NCBI GenBank assembly: GCA_036261265.1
Contig: DATALC010000096.1
Span: forward strand, 2,590-66,589
DNA from: Bacteroidales bacterium
GTDB lineage: Bacteria; Bacteroidota; Bacteroidia; Bacteroidales; VadinHA17
Direction: 5' to 3'
DNA length: 64,000 nt
The position numbers and the translations under genes are program-made. Below the pieces are notes generated by a model. It did not search any database. It was not told where the DNA came from and saw only the letters and a program-made list of their open reading frames with translations. Below are positions 28,932 through 37,608 of this stretch, piece by piece (positions within the stretch are counted from its first letter, which is position 1; each line of letters starts with the position of its first letter).

Positions 28932-29903
28932 TCAGAATTTATCATTATAAATAGCTACGCACAAAGCAGCATAATCACCAATAGAATCCCCGAGCGTTGC
29001 CGGTACGATTCTGCAAACACTTAATGAAAGTGGCAATGCTTCCTTTTTTAGGATTTCTTCTACTTTCGGTTTGAAAAAGCTCTCATTCCTTGAATATATG
29101 CTGCCTATTACAATGCATTCCGGGTTAAGTACATCAACAAGGATAGCCAGTCCGCGCCCAAGATATTCTGCTGCTGTTCTGATTACTCCTGATGCAACAG
29201 GATCACCATTCCTCGCAGCAACTGCAACTGTTTTTGTATCGAGTTTTTCAATGTCTTCCCTTGATTTGCAGAAGCTGACTTCCTGTTTCCTGTCAAGCAT
29301 GTCTGAAACTACTGTTTTAGCAAGACTGGCAATACCGCCTCCGCTGCAGAAACCTTCGAATGAACCTGCTTTACCGTATCCCACAGGACCTTTTTTATCG
29401 AGTCTTATATGGCCCACTTCTCCACCCATGTCATTTGTCCCGCTGTAAAGTCGTCCACCGAGAATGAGCCCTGCGCCCATTCCTGTGCCGAATGTCAGGA
29501 AGATCATATTGGAAGTTCCCTTTCCGGCCCCCATCATCCATTCTGCAAGTGCGCATGCGTTTGCATCATTCTGAAGCGCTGTATCAACTCCGAATTCCTT
29601 TGAGAAAAAACCTGTAATCGGCACATTATCCCAGCCTGGCAGGTTTGGTGGTGAGTATATCATCCCTTTTTTTGAATCAAGAGGTCCTCCGCAACTTATT
29701 CCTATTTTTTTGAGCGAATAATCAGGGAGTGAGGCAAGAATATTATGGATATGACCTTTAAATTCTTCAAGAATTGGTTCATATCCTCTTTCTGTATTCG
29801 TGGGAAATCCTTCCTTTTTTAATATTTGGAAAGAAGAATCTCCTGCTACAACAGCGCATTTTGTACCTCCGATATCGACACCAATCCAGAGATCTTTTTT
29901 CAT
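28932..29903 (-). CDS. ROK family sugar kinase
   Basis: GVDIGGTKCAV is an ATP-binding N-terminus. GGEVGH and cysteine-containing ROK signature region are also present. Confidence 0.85.
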   Translation of the reverse strand: MKKDLWIGVDIGGTKCAVVAGDSSFQILKKEGFPTNTERGYEPILEEFKGHIHNILASLPDYSLKKIGISCGGPLDSKKGMIYSPPNLPGWDNVPITGFFSKEFGVDTALQNDANACALAEWMMGAGKGTSNMIFLTFGTGMGAGLILGGRLYSGTNDMGGEVGHIRLDKKGPVGYGKAGSFEGFCSGGGIASLAKTVVSDMLDRKQEVSFCKSREDIEKLDTKTVAVAARNGDPVASGVIRTAAEYLGRGLAILVDVLNPECIVIGSIYSRNESFFKPKVEEILKKEALPLSLSVCRIVPATLGDSIGDYAALCVAIYNDKF

Positions 29904-30038
29904 ATCAGGTATCTGGTTAATAAGCTTAATCGATAAATGTACATATTTATTCCTTTAATTATTAATACATCTTTACATGAAATCGTGACTGTACTCAGAC
30001 GGTATCCTTTTCACATAATTCATGAGATGAAAAGAGCA

Positions 30039-30998
30039 TTATTCTGCAGGTCCAAATGTCAGGATGTATACTTTCGTTGAGTAGCCTGCAAGATTTGATG
30101 TTGCCGGAATATCTGACAGGAATAAAGCAATTTTCAGATAATCTTCGTTAAGATCCAGGATTACACATTCTCTAGACCAGTCAAGTATACCAAGAAAGCC
30201 ACCTTTAGAAAAGCTGATAGTCGGGACATCGGGAATTGTAATTTCCTGTGGTGTTGTACCATCGGTTATTACGTCTGTTTTGTAATCTTTTGATTCATTG
30301 TATCCAAATGTCAGTCCGGCAGGAATATTGTAACTGGCACATGTCAGACCGGAATTGGGTGAAGCCTGTGCCGGTATGGAGTTTATGATATTTCTGGACA
30401 GGCAATATTGTAAACCCGCAGTTATTGTTGAACCGGAAGGATGAATAATGAAGCTGCCATTATTTTTGAAAATAAACCTGTCGCTGACTATTCCTGAAAA
30501 TCCTGATTCTGAAAAAGATGAAGCCTTAAATGTTTTAACAATCGTCATTGATGCACCGGGTTTGGCTTCATACAATTCAGCTGTCGCGCTTAATTGCCAG
30601 GATTTGCCATCAGGACAGTTTTCTCCTCCTGTAAGCATTTCCATCCCAGTCATTTCCGGGATTGTCACATCTTCAGTCAGGATTGTCTGACCCCCAGGAC
30701 CTTTTAATACGAGATTGACTGTATAGGTTTTTCCAAAATCGGAGTATACATGTATGGGATTCATTTCAGTCGATACTGAATCTCCATCTCCAAAATTCCA
30801 TTCAAACGATTCTGTATTTGTTGAAGTAAGTTCAAATGTTACGCGGTTTGATTCAACCCTGAATTTAATTACACCCTGAGGTAAAGGCAAATCCTTGTTG
30901 CAGGAATGTAAGTTAATTACTACAATAACCAAAAGGAGATATTTAAAAACTCCATTCTGCTTCACAGAACCGTTAAGATTAAAACCAAAGCTAAACAA
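30039..30998 (-). CDS. PKD domain-containing lipoprotein (start codon uncertain; TTG in the ORF track)
   Basis: Hydrophobic segment ending ..LHSC (lipobox-like), then a PKD-like block FEWNFGDGDS..NPIHVY...YTV.L. The C-terminal half is unassigned. Confidence 0.6.
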   Translation of the reverse strand: MFSFGFNLNGSVKQNGVFKYLLLVIVVINLHSCNKDLPLPQGVIKFRVESNRVTFELTSTNTESFEWNFGDGDSVSTEMNPIHVYSDFGKTYTVNLVLKGPGGQTILTEDVTIPEMTGMEMLTGGENCPDGKSWQLSATAELYEAKPGASMTIVKTFKASSFSESGFSGIVSDRFIFKNNGSFIIHPSGSTITAGLQYCLSRNIINSIPAQASPNSGLTCASYNIPAGLTFGYNESKDYKTDVITDGTTPQEITIPDVPTISFSKGGFLGILDWSRECVILDLNEDYLKIALFLSDIPATSNLAGYSTKVYILTFGPAE

Positions 30999-31181
30999 AT
31001 TATATTAAAAATACAGAAAAACCATTCTGTAAAAATGTATCCGGAATTGATGTTCTTTGTGAAATTATAAGCTCTGTAATCATCTCACTAATATACTTAT
31101 GGATAATCGGGGCTGTTTCCGGACCAATGGAATTTACTTCTCCATACTGAGATCCGTTCTTCAGGAAAGAAAAAGGTAGTC

Positions 31182-33893
31182 TTAGTCTTCAGTTAAATAA
31201 TGTCTTTTTCTTTCAATTTCTTCATTATCAATCGGGATATCCTGCTCGATTTTTCGCCAGTCAATCGTATGATTGTATTTTTTCATTGCCTTGTCCGCAT
31301 CGAAGATCCTTGAATCGTGCATCTCAAGTGTATAAGGTGTAAAATCCGGAACTGGCGTGAAGAAGTCCTTCAACAATGATGCGGTTACATCGAACTGATT
31401 CACATAGGGCACATTCAGAATATTATATATTGTTTTCAATACAGATCCGAAATTCGCATGAGTGTGAGAGACATATCCTCTCTTTACATAAGGTCCGGCC
31501 ATTAACAGGATCGATCGGTGGGCATCGATATGATCGACGCCACCCTGGGGATCATCCTCTGTAATAATTACAAGCATGCTCTGCCAGTATTCTGTATGCG
31601 AAAGAAACTGAAGTATTCTTCCTACAGCAAGATCATTATCTGCCATGTAGGACTGGGGGTACAGGTACCCATCTTCAGGTCTGATTTTAGTTCCATGATC
31701 ATTGGGTATCTGAACAGTGATAAGAGAAGGCATCTCTTCATCCCCGTTTAGCCATTTTTCAGTGAATTCTTTTTCGAACTGGTTCATCCTGTATTGATCG
31801 GGAATCTTCATGTTATAGCCTGCATAATTATGACTTGTTCTTGAGAATAATGCCTTCTGCATCGGAACCATCACAATATGCGCAGCACCTGTAAGCGTGT
31901 CATACCATTCTTCCCTTACATGCGCAGTTTCGTTAGCTTCACCGAAGTTATAAAATGAGACATTCTGCCTCTCCAGAGCTTCCCAGAGGCCGCCTTTTTC
32001 AGCATAGTCTTCAGGGTCTATGCTTCCAGTTGTCCCCGGGAATCTTCTTCCGGGAGCAGTTGAGAAAATCTTAGCCGTTTTTGAGACGCTTGAATTTGCT
32101 TCAACCCATTCATTAGGAATTACGCCCATCATCCAATGATGGCCATGTATCGAAGCATCGCTGTCGGTATAATAGTTATCTGAAAATGCAAATTCGCTTG
32201 CTGCTTTAATATGGTTCGGACTTATTTTCAGGCCCGGGAACAATTTTCTCATTTCAGTTGGGAGAGTATACTCATTGTTAACTCCGTACCTTGCAAGAGT
32301 GCTGTCTCCCTTACCGGTTTTGAGCTGCCCTAAAACTTCGTCGTAAGTCCTGTTCTCTTTTGTAATATAAACAATATGCTTTATTGGTGATTTCCTTGTC
32401 TGAGGCAAAGCGGGGAGGGGATTTATTGTGTCATCATCAAGAGTTATTTCCCTGTAAGTGTTTTCGATACATCTTCCGGTAAAGTTTTTTAGTTCGTTTT
32501 TATCAGGTGATTGTATTTTCTGGAAGCTTCCGAGCTGAATATCCGAAACAAACGATCCCTGCACTGGTTCTTTAAAATTTTGTCCGCCATTCGGACCGGC
32601 CCCGAGTCCCCTGCATGTTACGACATAGATTTCTTTTTCATCAGCTGAAAGTTTTACCCTTGTCGGTCCCCAGCCTGTTGGAATGAGACCTTCTGTGTTT
32701 CCCGTGCGCGTATCTATGATTGCCACTGCATTAAAGCCAAGCAGTGAAACATACAATTTTTTTTCATCTTTGCTGAGTGTAAGCCCGAATGGTAAATAAC
32801 CCCTGTATTTATCTATGTTCTTATCGACCTTTATCTGAATGTGACCTTTCAGCTTGTGATTCTTATAATCGATAACCGAGATATTATCATTTGTTGCATT
32901 CGATACATACGCATAACGGCTTCCTGCTGCCACAGAGTTCGGGCTTGCGCCCCCCACGACCTCGGCTTCTTCGATCATCTGGCCAACCTGGAAGCCGGTT
33001 TTAAATTTATCAACCACTTTGTTTGTGTTGAGATCTATAACAAACACGCTCATGGCATCAGGATGATCGGGACTGCCAACACCGGGAACAACCTTTCCTT
33101 CAACTGTTGTTCCATTTACAGATTCGGGAGTGTTATTACCATAGGGGTGATGTGGAATTGCAAGGGAATCAGAGTTTTCGGGAGTGGCTCCCTTTATAAG
33201 AGGATATTCGTACATGCCGACATTAGCAATAAAAGCTGTGTTTCCTGAAGGGTCAAGAGTAAGACCAAATGGCTGACGTCCTGTCTTGATTGAAGCAACG
33301 ATCTTTCCAGTGTTCAGATCTATCCGTACCATCCTGAAGTTTCCCCTGTCAAGAACAAGAAGCTCGTTAGTCCGGTCATTATAAACAAGATCCGAAGTAA
33401 AGCTGTCTTCGTAATTAATGCCTTCAAATTCACAATTAAGTGATAATGAATCAAGCATTTTAAAATTCTCTATATCATATTTAATAACAGCGCCATTATC
33501 ACCGCCACTGACGAATATTGTTGAGGGAGCCTTTGAAAATGCTACACCCAGAAAAGATCCGTTTGAAAAAGGTGATCTTATTTTTTTTTCATAATCCGGT
33601 ATTCTTGTTGCCCGGAGCGATTGTATGTCAACCAGAGTCATTACACCATTATGGAGCGTAACTGCCTTTTGTCCGTCAGGTGATAATGCCATGCCGAAAG
33701 GATCGCTTGTAATCCTGATAAGCGATCCGGCAGGGGTCAGGAACCTCCCGCTCGGAAGCACTGTGGTACCTCCTTCATTGATACTAGTGAATTCTTCTCC
33801 TGCCGGGACTGTCAGAATTTTAATTTTATTTGATTGCTTTTCTGAACATTGTATGAAAAGCAAAGTGAAGATGATTATAAAAGCTTTTCTCAT
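31182..33893 (-). CDS. Fusion protein: YncE-like beta-propeller plus phosphoesterase (phospholipase C / acid phosphatase family) domain, secreted
   Basis: The N-terminal half has repeated ..P.G.A.SPDG....V.N.. propeller blades (YVSNATNDNISVID). The C-terminal half has ITKENRTYDEVLG and ITEDDPQGGVDHIDAHRS, typical of PF04185-type phosphoesterases. Confidence 0.7.
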   Translation of the reverse strand: MRKAFIIIFTLLFIQCSEKQSNKIKILTVPAGEEFTSINEGGTTVLPSGRFLTPAGSLIRITSDPFGMALSPDGQKAVTLHNGVMTLVDIQSLRATRIPDYEKKIRSPFSNGSFLGVAFSKAPSTIFVSGGDNGAVIKYDIENFKMLDSLSLNCEFEGINYEDSFTSDLVYNDRTNELLVLDRGNFRMVRIDLNTGKIVASIKTGRQPFGLTLDPSGNTAFIANVGMYEYPLIKGATPENSDSLAIPHHPYGNNTPESVNGTTVEGKVVPGVGSPDHPDAMSVFVIDLNTNKVVDKFKTGFQVGQMIEEAEVVGGASPNSVAAGSRYAYVSNATNDNISVIDYKNHKLKGHIQIKVDKNIDKYRGYLPFGLTLSKDEKKLYVSLLGFNAVAIIDTRTGNTEGLIPTGWGPTRVKLSADEKEIYVVTCRGLGAGPNGGQNFKEPVQGSFVSDIQLGSFQKIQSPDKNELKNFTGRCIENTYREITLDDDTINPLPALPQTRKSPIKHIVYITKENRTYDEVLGQLKTGKGDSTLARYGVNNEYTLPTEMRKLFPGLKISPNHIKAASEFAFSDNYYTDSDASIHGHHWMMGVIPNEWVEANSSVSKTAKIFSTAPGRRFPGTTGSIDPEDYAEKGGLWEALERQNVSFYNFGEANETAHVREEWYDTLTGAAHIVMVPMQKALFSRTSHNYAGYNMKIPDQYRMNQFEKEFTEKWLNGDEEMPSLITVQIPNDHGTKIRPEDGYLYPQSYMADNDLAVGRILQFLSHTEYWQSMLVIITEDDPQGGVDHIDAHRSILLMAGPYVKRGYVSHTHANFGSVLKTIYNILNVPYVNQFDVTASLLKDFFTPVPDFTPYTLEMHDSRIFDADKAMKKYNHTIDWRKIEQDIPIDNEEIERKRHYLTED

Positions 33894-33993
33894 ATTAAAT
33901 GTATTATGATCCTGATTGATCCGGTTTGCATATAATTGTGTCGATCTGCATTACTGCCTTGTTCCTGATGGCTGCCTGATGTGAATATGTAAC

Positions 33994-34001
33994 CAAATAT
34001 A
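33994..34001 (-). promoter_or_regulatory. Possible -7 box (TAnnTTTG) for the propeller-phosphoesterase gene
   Basis: Minus strand reads TATATTTG, 101 nt upstream of the ATG at 33893. Confidence 0.3.
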
Positions 34002-34048
34002 AAATTTACGTATGATTTTCACCCATGGAATTTTCACTGAAATACATT

Positions 34049-34056
34049 TATCTTTG
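34049..34056 (+). promoter_or_regulatory. -7 box (TAnnTTTG) for the HD-domain gene
   Basis: TATCTTTG, 48 nt upstream of the ATG at 34105. Confidence 0.35.
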
Positions 34057-34104
34057 CTTAAGTTCTCTCAGCGGAAATCATAATCTCAAAATCTCATTTG
34101 TTTT

Positions 34105-34668
34105 ATGGATGACATTGGTCTTATCTTCAGGGCGCTGGAGTTTGCTGCAATAAGGCATAAAAACCAGTTCCGGAAAGGGGAGGACAGGCCCCCGTATATC
34201 AATCACCCTATTCAGGTGGCAAACCTGCTTGTCAATGAAGGCGGAGAGAAAGACCCTGTTTTGCTTGCCGCAGCGATACTTCATGATGTGATTGAAGACA
34301 CCGTAGATTCTGAAAGTGAAAAGAATGAACTAATCAATAAAATAAAGGATTTGTTCGGAGAGGAGGTGCTGTCGGTTACACTTGAGGTTACAGATGATAA
34401 GAACCTGCAAAAGGCAGAACGTAAACGGCTCCAGGTTGAGCATGCTCCGACAATTTCAATAAATGCCAAGAAGCTGAAGCTTGCCGATAAAATCCTTAAT
34501 GTCAGGGATATTACTTCAAATCCGCCGGTCGGATGGAATCCTGAACGGATTACCGGGTATTTCGACTGGGCTGAAAAAGTCGTTACCGGACTGAGAGGCG
34601 TAAATAAAAAACTTGAGGATATGTTCGACGATGTGCTTGCAAAAGCAAGGCTGAAGTATACTGAATAA
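34105..34668 (+). CDS. HD domain protein, small alarmone ((p)ppGpp) hydrolase-like (Mesh1/SpoT-HD type)
   Basis: A..FAA..H..Q.RK....PYI.HP..VA and LLAAAILHDVIEDT resemble the RelA/SpoT hydrolase-domain signature. 187 aa, single domain. Confidence 0.7.
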   Translation: MDDIGLIFRALEFAAIRHKNQFRKGEDRPPYINHPIQVANLLVNEGGEKDPVLLAAAILHDVIEDTVDSESEKNELINKIKDLFGEEVLSVTLEVTDDKNLQKAERKRLQVEHAPTISINAKKLKLADKILNVRDITSNPPVGWNPERITGYFDWAEKVVTGLRGVNKKLEDMFDDVLAKARLKYTE

Positions 34669-34690
34669 GAACCTTTTATCTCAGCCGATA

Positions 34691-34742
34691 ATTGCAACGT
34701 ATTAGAAAACGTATTAAGCAACGTAGATTAATACGTTGCAAT
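34691..34742. repeat. 14-bp perfect inverted repeat enclosing 12-bp-spaced AACGTATTA direct repeats (probable bidirectional terminator)
   Basis: attgcaacgtatta (34691-34704) pairs with taatacgttgcaat (34729-34742). AACGTA(TTA) starts at 34696, 34708 and 34720. It lies between convergent stop codons. Confidence 0.55.
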
Positions 34743-34749
34743 ACTGATA

Positions 34750-35826
34750 TTATAACCTGCTATTTATCCTGAGCTTTTCAGCCGTTTCCCTTAAGATCCT
34801 TTGTACCTGTAACCCGTGACCTATATCAGGAATGCAGGCTTCATTATTGCTTTCAGTGAGAAAAATGTAGTGAGCGTGTATCATCGGTCTTAGCCATCCC
34901 GGGGGAACATGCCCCGATGGGAATGACGATATTCCTTTAAAGCTGCTGCCTGTATGTACACGTGCGTGAGCGCCTGTTTCTTCAAGAAAATATTCAAAGT
35001 AATCGGGATCGCGTGTTGTGAAGTGCAGTGATCCATTTTCTGCATAAAGATCCATTGAGAGAAGGTCGCCTGAGCCCGATGCTATCCTGCTTGCTGAAAT
35101 TGTGCCTGCAGCTCCAGTTTTGCTGTCTGAAAGTGTAACAAGACTGAAAAGGTCCGATTTCCTGTCGACATCAGGAAAATCTCCCGACTGGATTGCTCCG
35201 TGTGTCATGAGATCATTTCCAAGAAAAGCAAGCAGTATGCTTATTACATGTGAACCAAGATCAGCCATAGCGCCGCCATCCGGGGCAGGAGTGAGCCTGT
35301 TTGTACGTTTATCCCGATATGCTTTCTGAAGATAATCACCGTGAAAATATTTTAGTTCAAAATGAACAGGTTTGCCCAATGCTCCCGATCTCCAAAATTT
35401 AAGAGCTTCTCTTACAGGTGTCATGAAAAGATATTGGAATCCGATCTGGAATTTCAGGTGTTTGTTTTCACTTACAAGTTTTCTTGTCTTCTCTTCCTCA
35501 TCCAGAGTAGAACAAAGTGGTTTTTCGATATAAACTCTCTTAACTGATTTCATCCTGACTGCTTTTTCAAGATGTTCATAATGCACCCTGTTAGGACCAA
35601 AAATATAGACTGTGTCAATGTCAGGATCTTTAAAAAAGTCATCAGGAGGAAGCGATTTTTCAAAACCATAAGCTGCTGCAAAATCCTTCCTGTTTTTTTC
35701 AGTGGATGTGCTCACGGCAACAAGCCTTGTTTCAGGAGCATCCTGATAATAATATTTTAATGAACTGAGTGCGAAGATGTGAGAACGGGCGATACCTCCT
35801 GCACCAATAAATCCGGCTTTTATCAC
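34750..35826 (-). CDS. Gfo/Idh/MocA family NAD(P)-dependent oxidoreductase
   Basis: Rossmann N-terminus IKAGFIGAGGIARSH and EKPL motif. The ORF-track TTG at 35853 abuts a -7 box, so the GTG at 35826 is preferred. Confidence 0.8.
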   Translation of the reverse strand: MIKAGFIGAGGIARSHIFALSSLKYYYQDAPETRLVAVSTSTEKNRKDFAAAYGFEKSLPPDDFFKDPDIDTVYIFGPNRVHYEHLEKAVRMKSVKRVYIEKPLCSTLDEEEKTRKLVSENKHLKFQIGFQYLFMTPVREALKFWRSGALGKPVHFELKYFHGDYLQKAYRDKRTNRLTPAPDGGAMADLGSHVISILLAFLGNDLMTHGAIQSGDFPDVDRKSDLFSLVTLSDSKTGAAGTISASRIASGSGDLLSMDLYAENGSLHFTTRDPDYFEYFLEETGAHARVHTGSSFKGISSFPSGHVPPGWLRPMIHAHYIFLTESNNEACIPDIGHGLQVQRILRETAEKLRINSRL

Positions 35827-35854
35827 TGTAATTTTAAGTTTTATGTTGTTCAAA

Positions 35855-35862
35855 CAAAGATA
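35855..35862 (-). promoter_or_regulatory. -7 box (TAnnTTTG) for the Gfo/Idh/MocA gene
   Basis: Minus strand reads TATCTTTG, 29 nt upstream of the GTG at 35826. Confidence 0.35.
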
Positions 35863-36131
35863 GCAGGTTTTCCACTATGGTGAGATATTATTAACCTGAA
35901 TCCGGGGCATTGCGGGTAACAAAACCATCAGGTTGGATTTTTGGGCGGTTTTTCTTTAGTTCTTTCTTTTGCCGTCAAAAGGACGGAAAAATGGATAGAT
36001 GTGAATAAAGATTAGTTTGGAGAAGTGTAGCCTCCTGGCGCAGGAATTATTGAATTGACATATCAGTAGCATCACTCTGAATTGAATATGATCGAAGATG
36101 TAAATTGAGTAACTTTACTAAAAAACAGATT

Positions 36132-36440
36132 ATGACAGTTACATGCGTTTATATCCACGTAAAACCCGATTCGGTTGCGAAGTTCATTGAAGCTTCAACC
36201 GCAAACCATCTTGAAGCCATAAAAGAACCCGGGAATATAAGGTTCGACTTCGTTCAGCAGGCTGAAGACAAGACAAAGTTCATGCTTTACGAAGCTTATG
36301 AATCAGAAGAAGCAGCTGCAGCGCATAAGAATACGCCTCATTATCTGACATGGCGTGAAGCTGTTAAAGATATGATGGCAGAGCAAAGATATGGTGTCAG
36401 ATATGATATACTTATGCCAAAAGTTGTGAAAAATGATTGA
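36132..36440 (+). CDS. Antibiotic biosynthesis monooxygenase (ABM) family protein
   Basis: About 100-aa ferredoxin-like protein. EPG...F.........F.LYE.Y.....A..H..T.H is the ABM pattern. The ATG at 36132 is preferred over the TTG at 36105. Confidence 0.7.
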   Translation: MTVTCVYIHVKPDSVAKFIEASTANHLEAIKEPGNIRFDFVQQAEDKTKFMLYEAYESEEAAAAHKNTPHYLTWREAVKDMMAEQRYGVRYDILMPKVVKND

Positions 36441-37608
36441 GTCTTTCACATTTTCAGCCTTGCCGAAAATCATTTTCGGTAACGGAAGCTTCTCAAGGCT
36501 GCCTGGACTTATAAAAGGTCATGGCCCCAATGCAATAATTGTCACAGGCAAAAAGTCTTTCAGGGAAAGCTCTCATAATACGTTCTTACTTCAGGAGATG
36601 GATGCTTCAGGCATAAAGCACAAAACTATAATCATCCCTGGAGAACCTTCACCCGAAATGATAGATAATGCTGCTGAGCAACTGAGATCATTTAATGCCT
36701 GTGTTGTTGTTTCAATTGGAGGAGGAAGTGTTCTTGACGCAGGAAAGGCAATATCTGCAATGCTGACTGCCGATGGCTCTGTAACCGAGTTTCTTGAAGA
36801 TGTCGGTACAAAAGAACATCCCGGCACGAAGATCCCGTTCATTGCTGTACCCACAACATCAGGAACGGGTAGCGAGGCAACAAAAAATGCAGTGATTTCA
36901 AAGACAGGAGCAAGTGGATTTAAAAAATCTTTAAGGCACGACAATTTTATTCCCGACATTGCACTTGTTGATCCTGAACTGACTTTAAACTGCCCTCCTG
37001 AAATAACTGCCGCGAGCGGAATGGACTGTTTCAGCCAGCTTGTTGAGGCATACCTTTCAACAAAAGCAAGTGCGTTTACAGATGCACTGGCAATTGAAGG
37101 TCTTAAAGCTGTAAAAAAATCACTTTTCAGGAGTTTTCTTAACGGAAATAACAAAGAGGCCAGAGCCGGCATGTCGTTTGCTGCGCTCACATCTGGAATC
37201 TGCCTTGCTAATGCCGGACTTGGCGTAGTTCATGGATTTGCTTCATCAATTGGCGGTATGTATGAAATACCTCATGGATTGATTTGCGGTACCCTGATGG
37301 GAGAATGTAATGAAGCAACTGTGAGAAAGCTAAAAGCTTCGGGGTCAAATCCGTCAGCCATGATAAAGTATGCTTCACTTGGACAATTGTTCATTGACAA
37401 ACAAGGCATGGATAATGGATACTACGTTGATGTATTCATAGAATTCCTCAATGGAATGACTGAAAAACTAAATCTTCCCTGTTTGAAAAATGCAGGAGTG
37501 AGAAAATCTGATATTCCTTCAATATGCAATGCAACGGGAGTAAAAAACAATCCGGTTAAGCTCGATAACAGGGAGCTCGAATCAATACTAATAAAAAGGT
37601 ATAATTAA
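36433..37608 (+). CDS. Iron-containing (group III) alcohol dehydrogenase
   Basis: GGGSVLDAGKAI, AVPTTSGTGSE and conserved His region VHGFAS. 8-nt overlap with the ABM gene. Confidence 0.88.
   Translation: MIESFTFSALPKIIFGNGSFSRLPGLIKGHGPNAIIVTGKKSFRESSHNTFLLQEMDASGIKHKTIIIPGEPSPEMIDNAAEQLRSFNACVVVSIGGGSVLDAGKAISAMLTADGSVTEFLEDVGTKEHPGTKIPFIAVPTTSGTGSEATKNAVISKTGASGFKKSLRHDNFIPDIALVDPELTLNCPPEITAASGMDCFSQLVEAYLSTKASAFTDALAIEGLKAVKKSLFRSFLNGNNKEARAGMSFAALTSGICLANAGLGVVHGFASSIGGMYEIPHGLICGTLMGECNEATVRKLKASGSNPSAMIKYASLGQLFIDKQGMDNGYYVDVFIEFLNGMTEKLNLPCLKNAGVRKSDIPSICNATGVKNNPVKLDNRELESILIKRYN

Noticed and set aside
35893-35933. Possible riboswitch or structured leader (aacctga...tcaggtt stem plus a ccgtc/gacgg hairpin at 35972-35986) in the 278-bp divergent region upstream of the ABM gene
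   Set aside because: The stems are only 5-7 bp with large unstructured loops. There is no resemblance to any riboswitch core I know and no clear terminator or anti-terminator alternative. The evidence is not sufficient.
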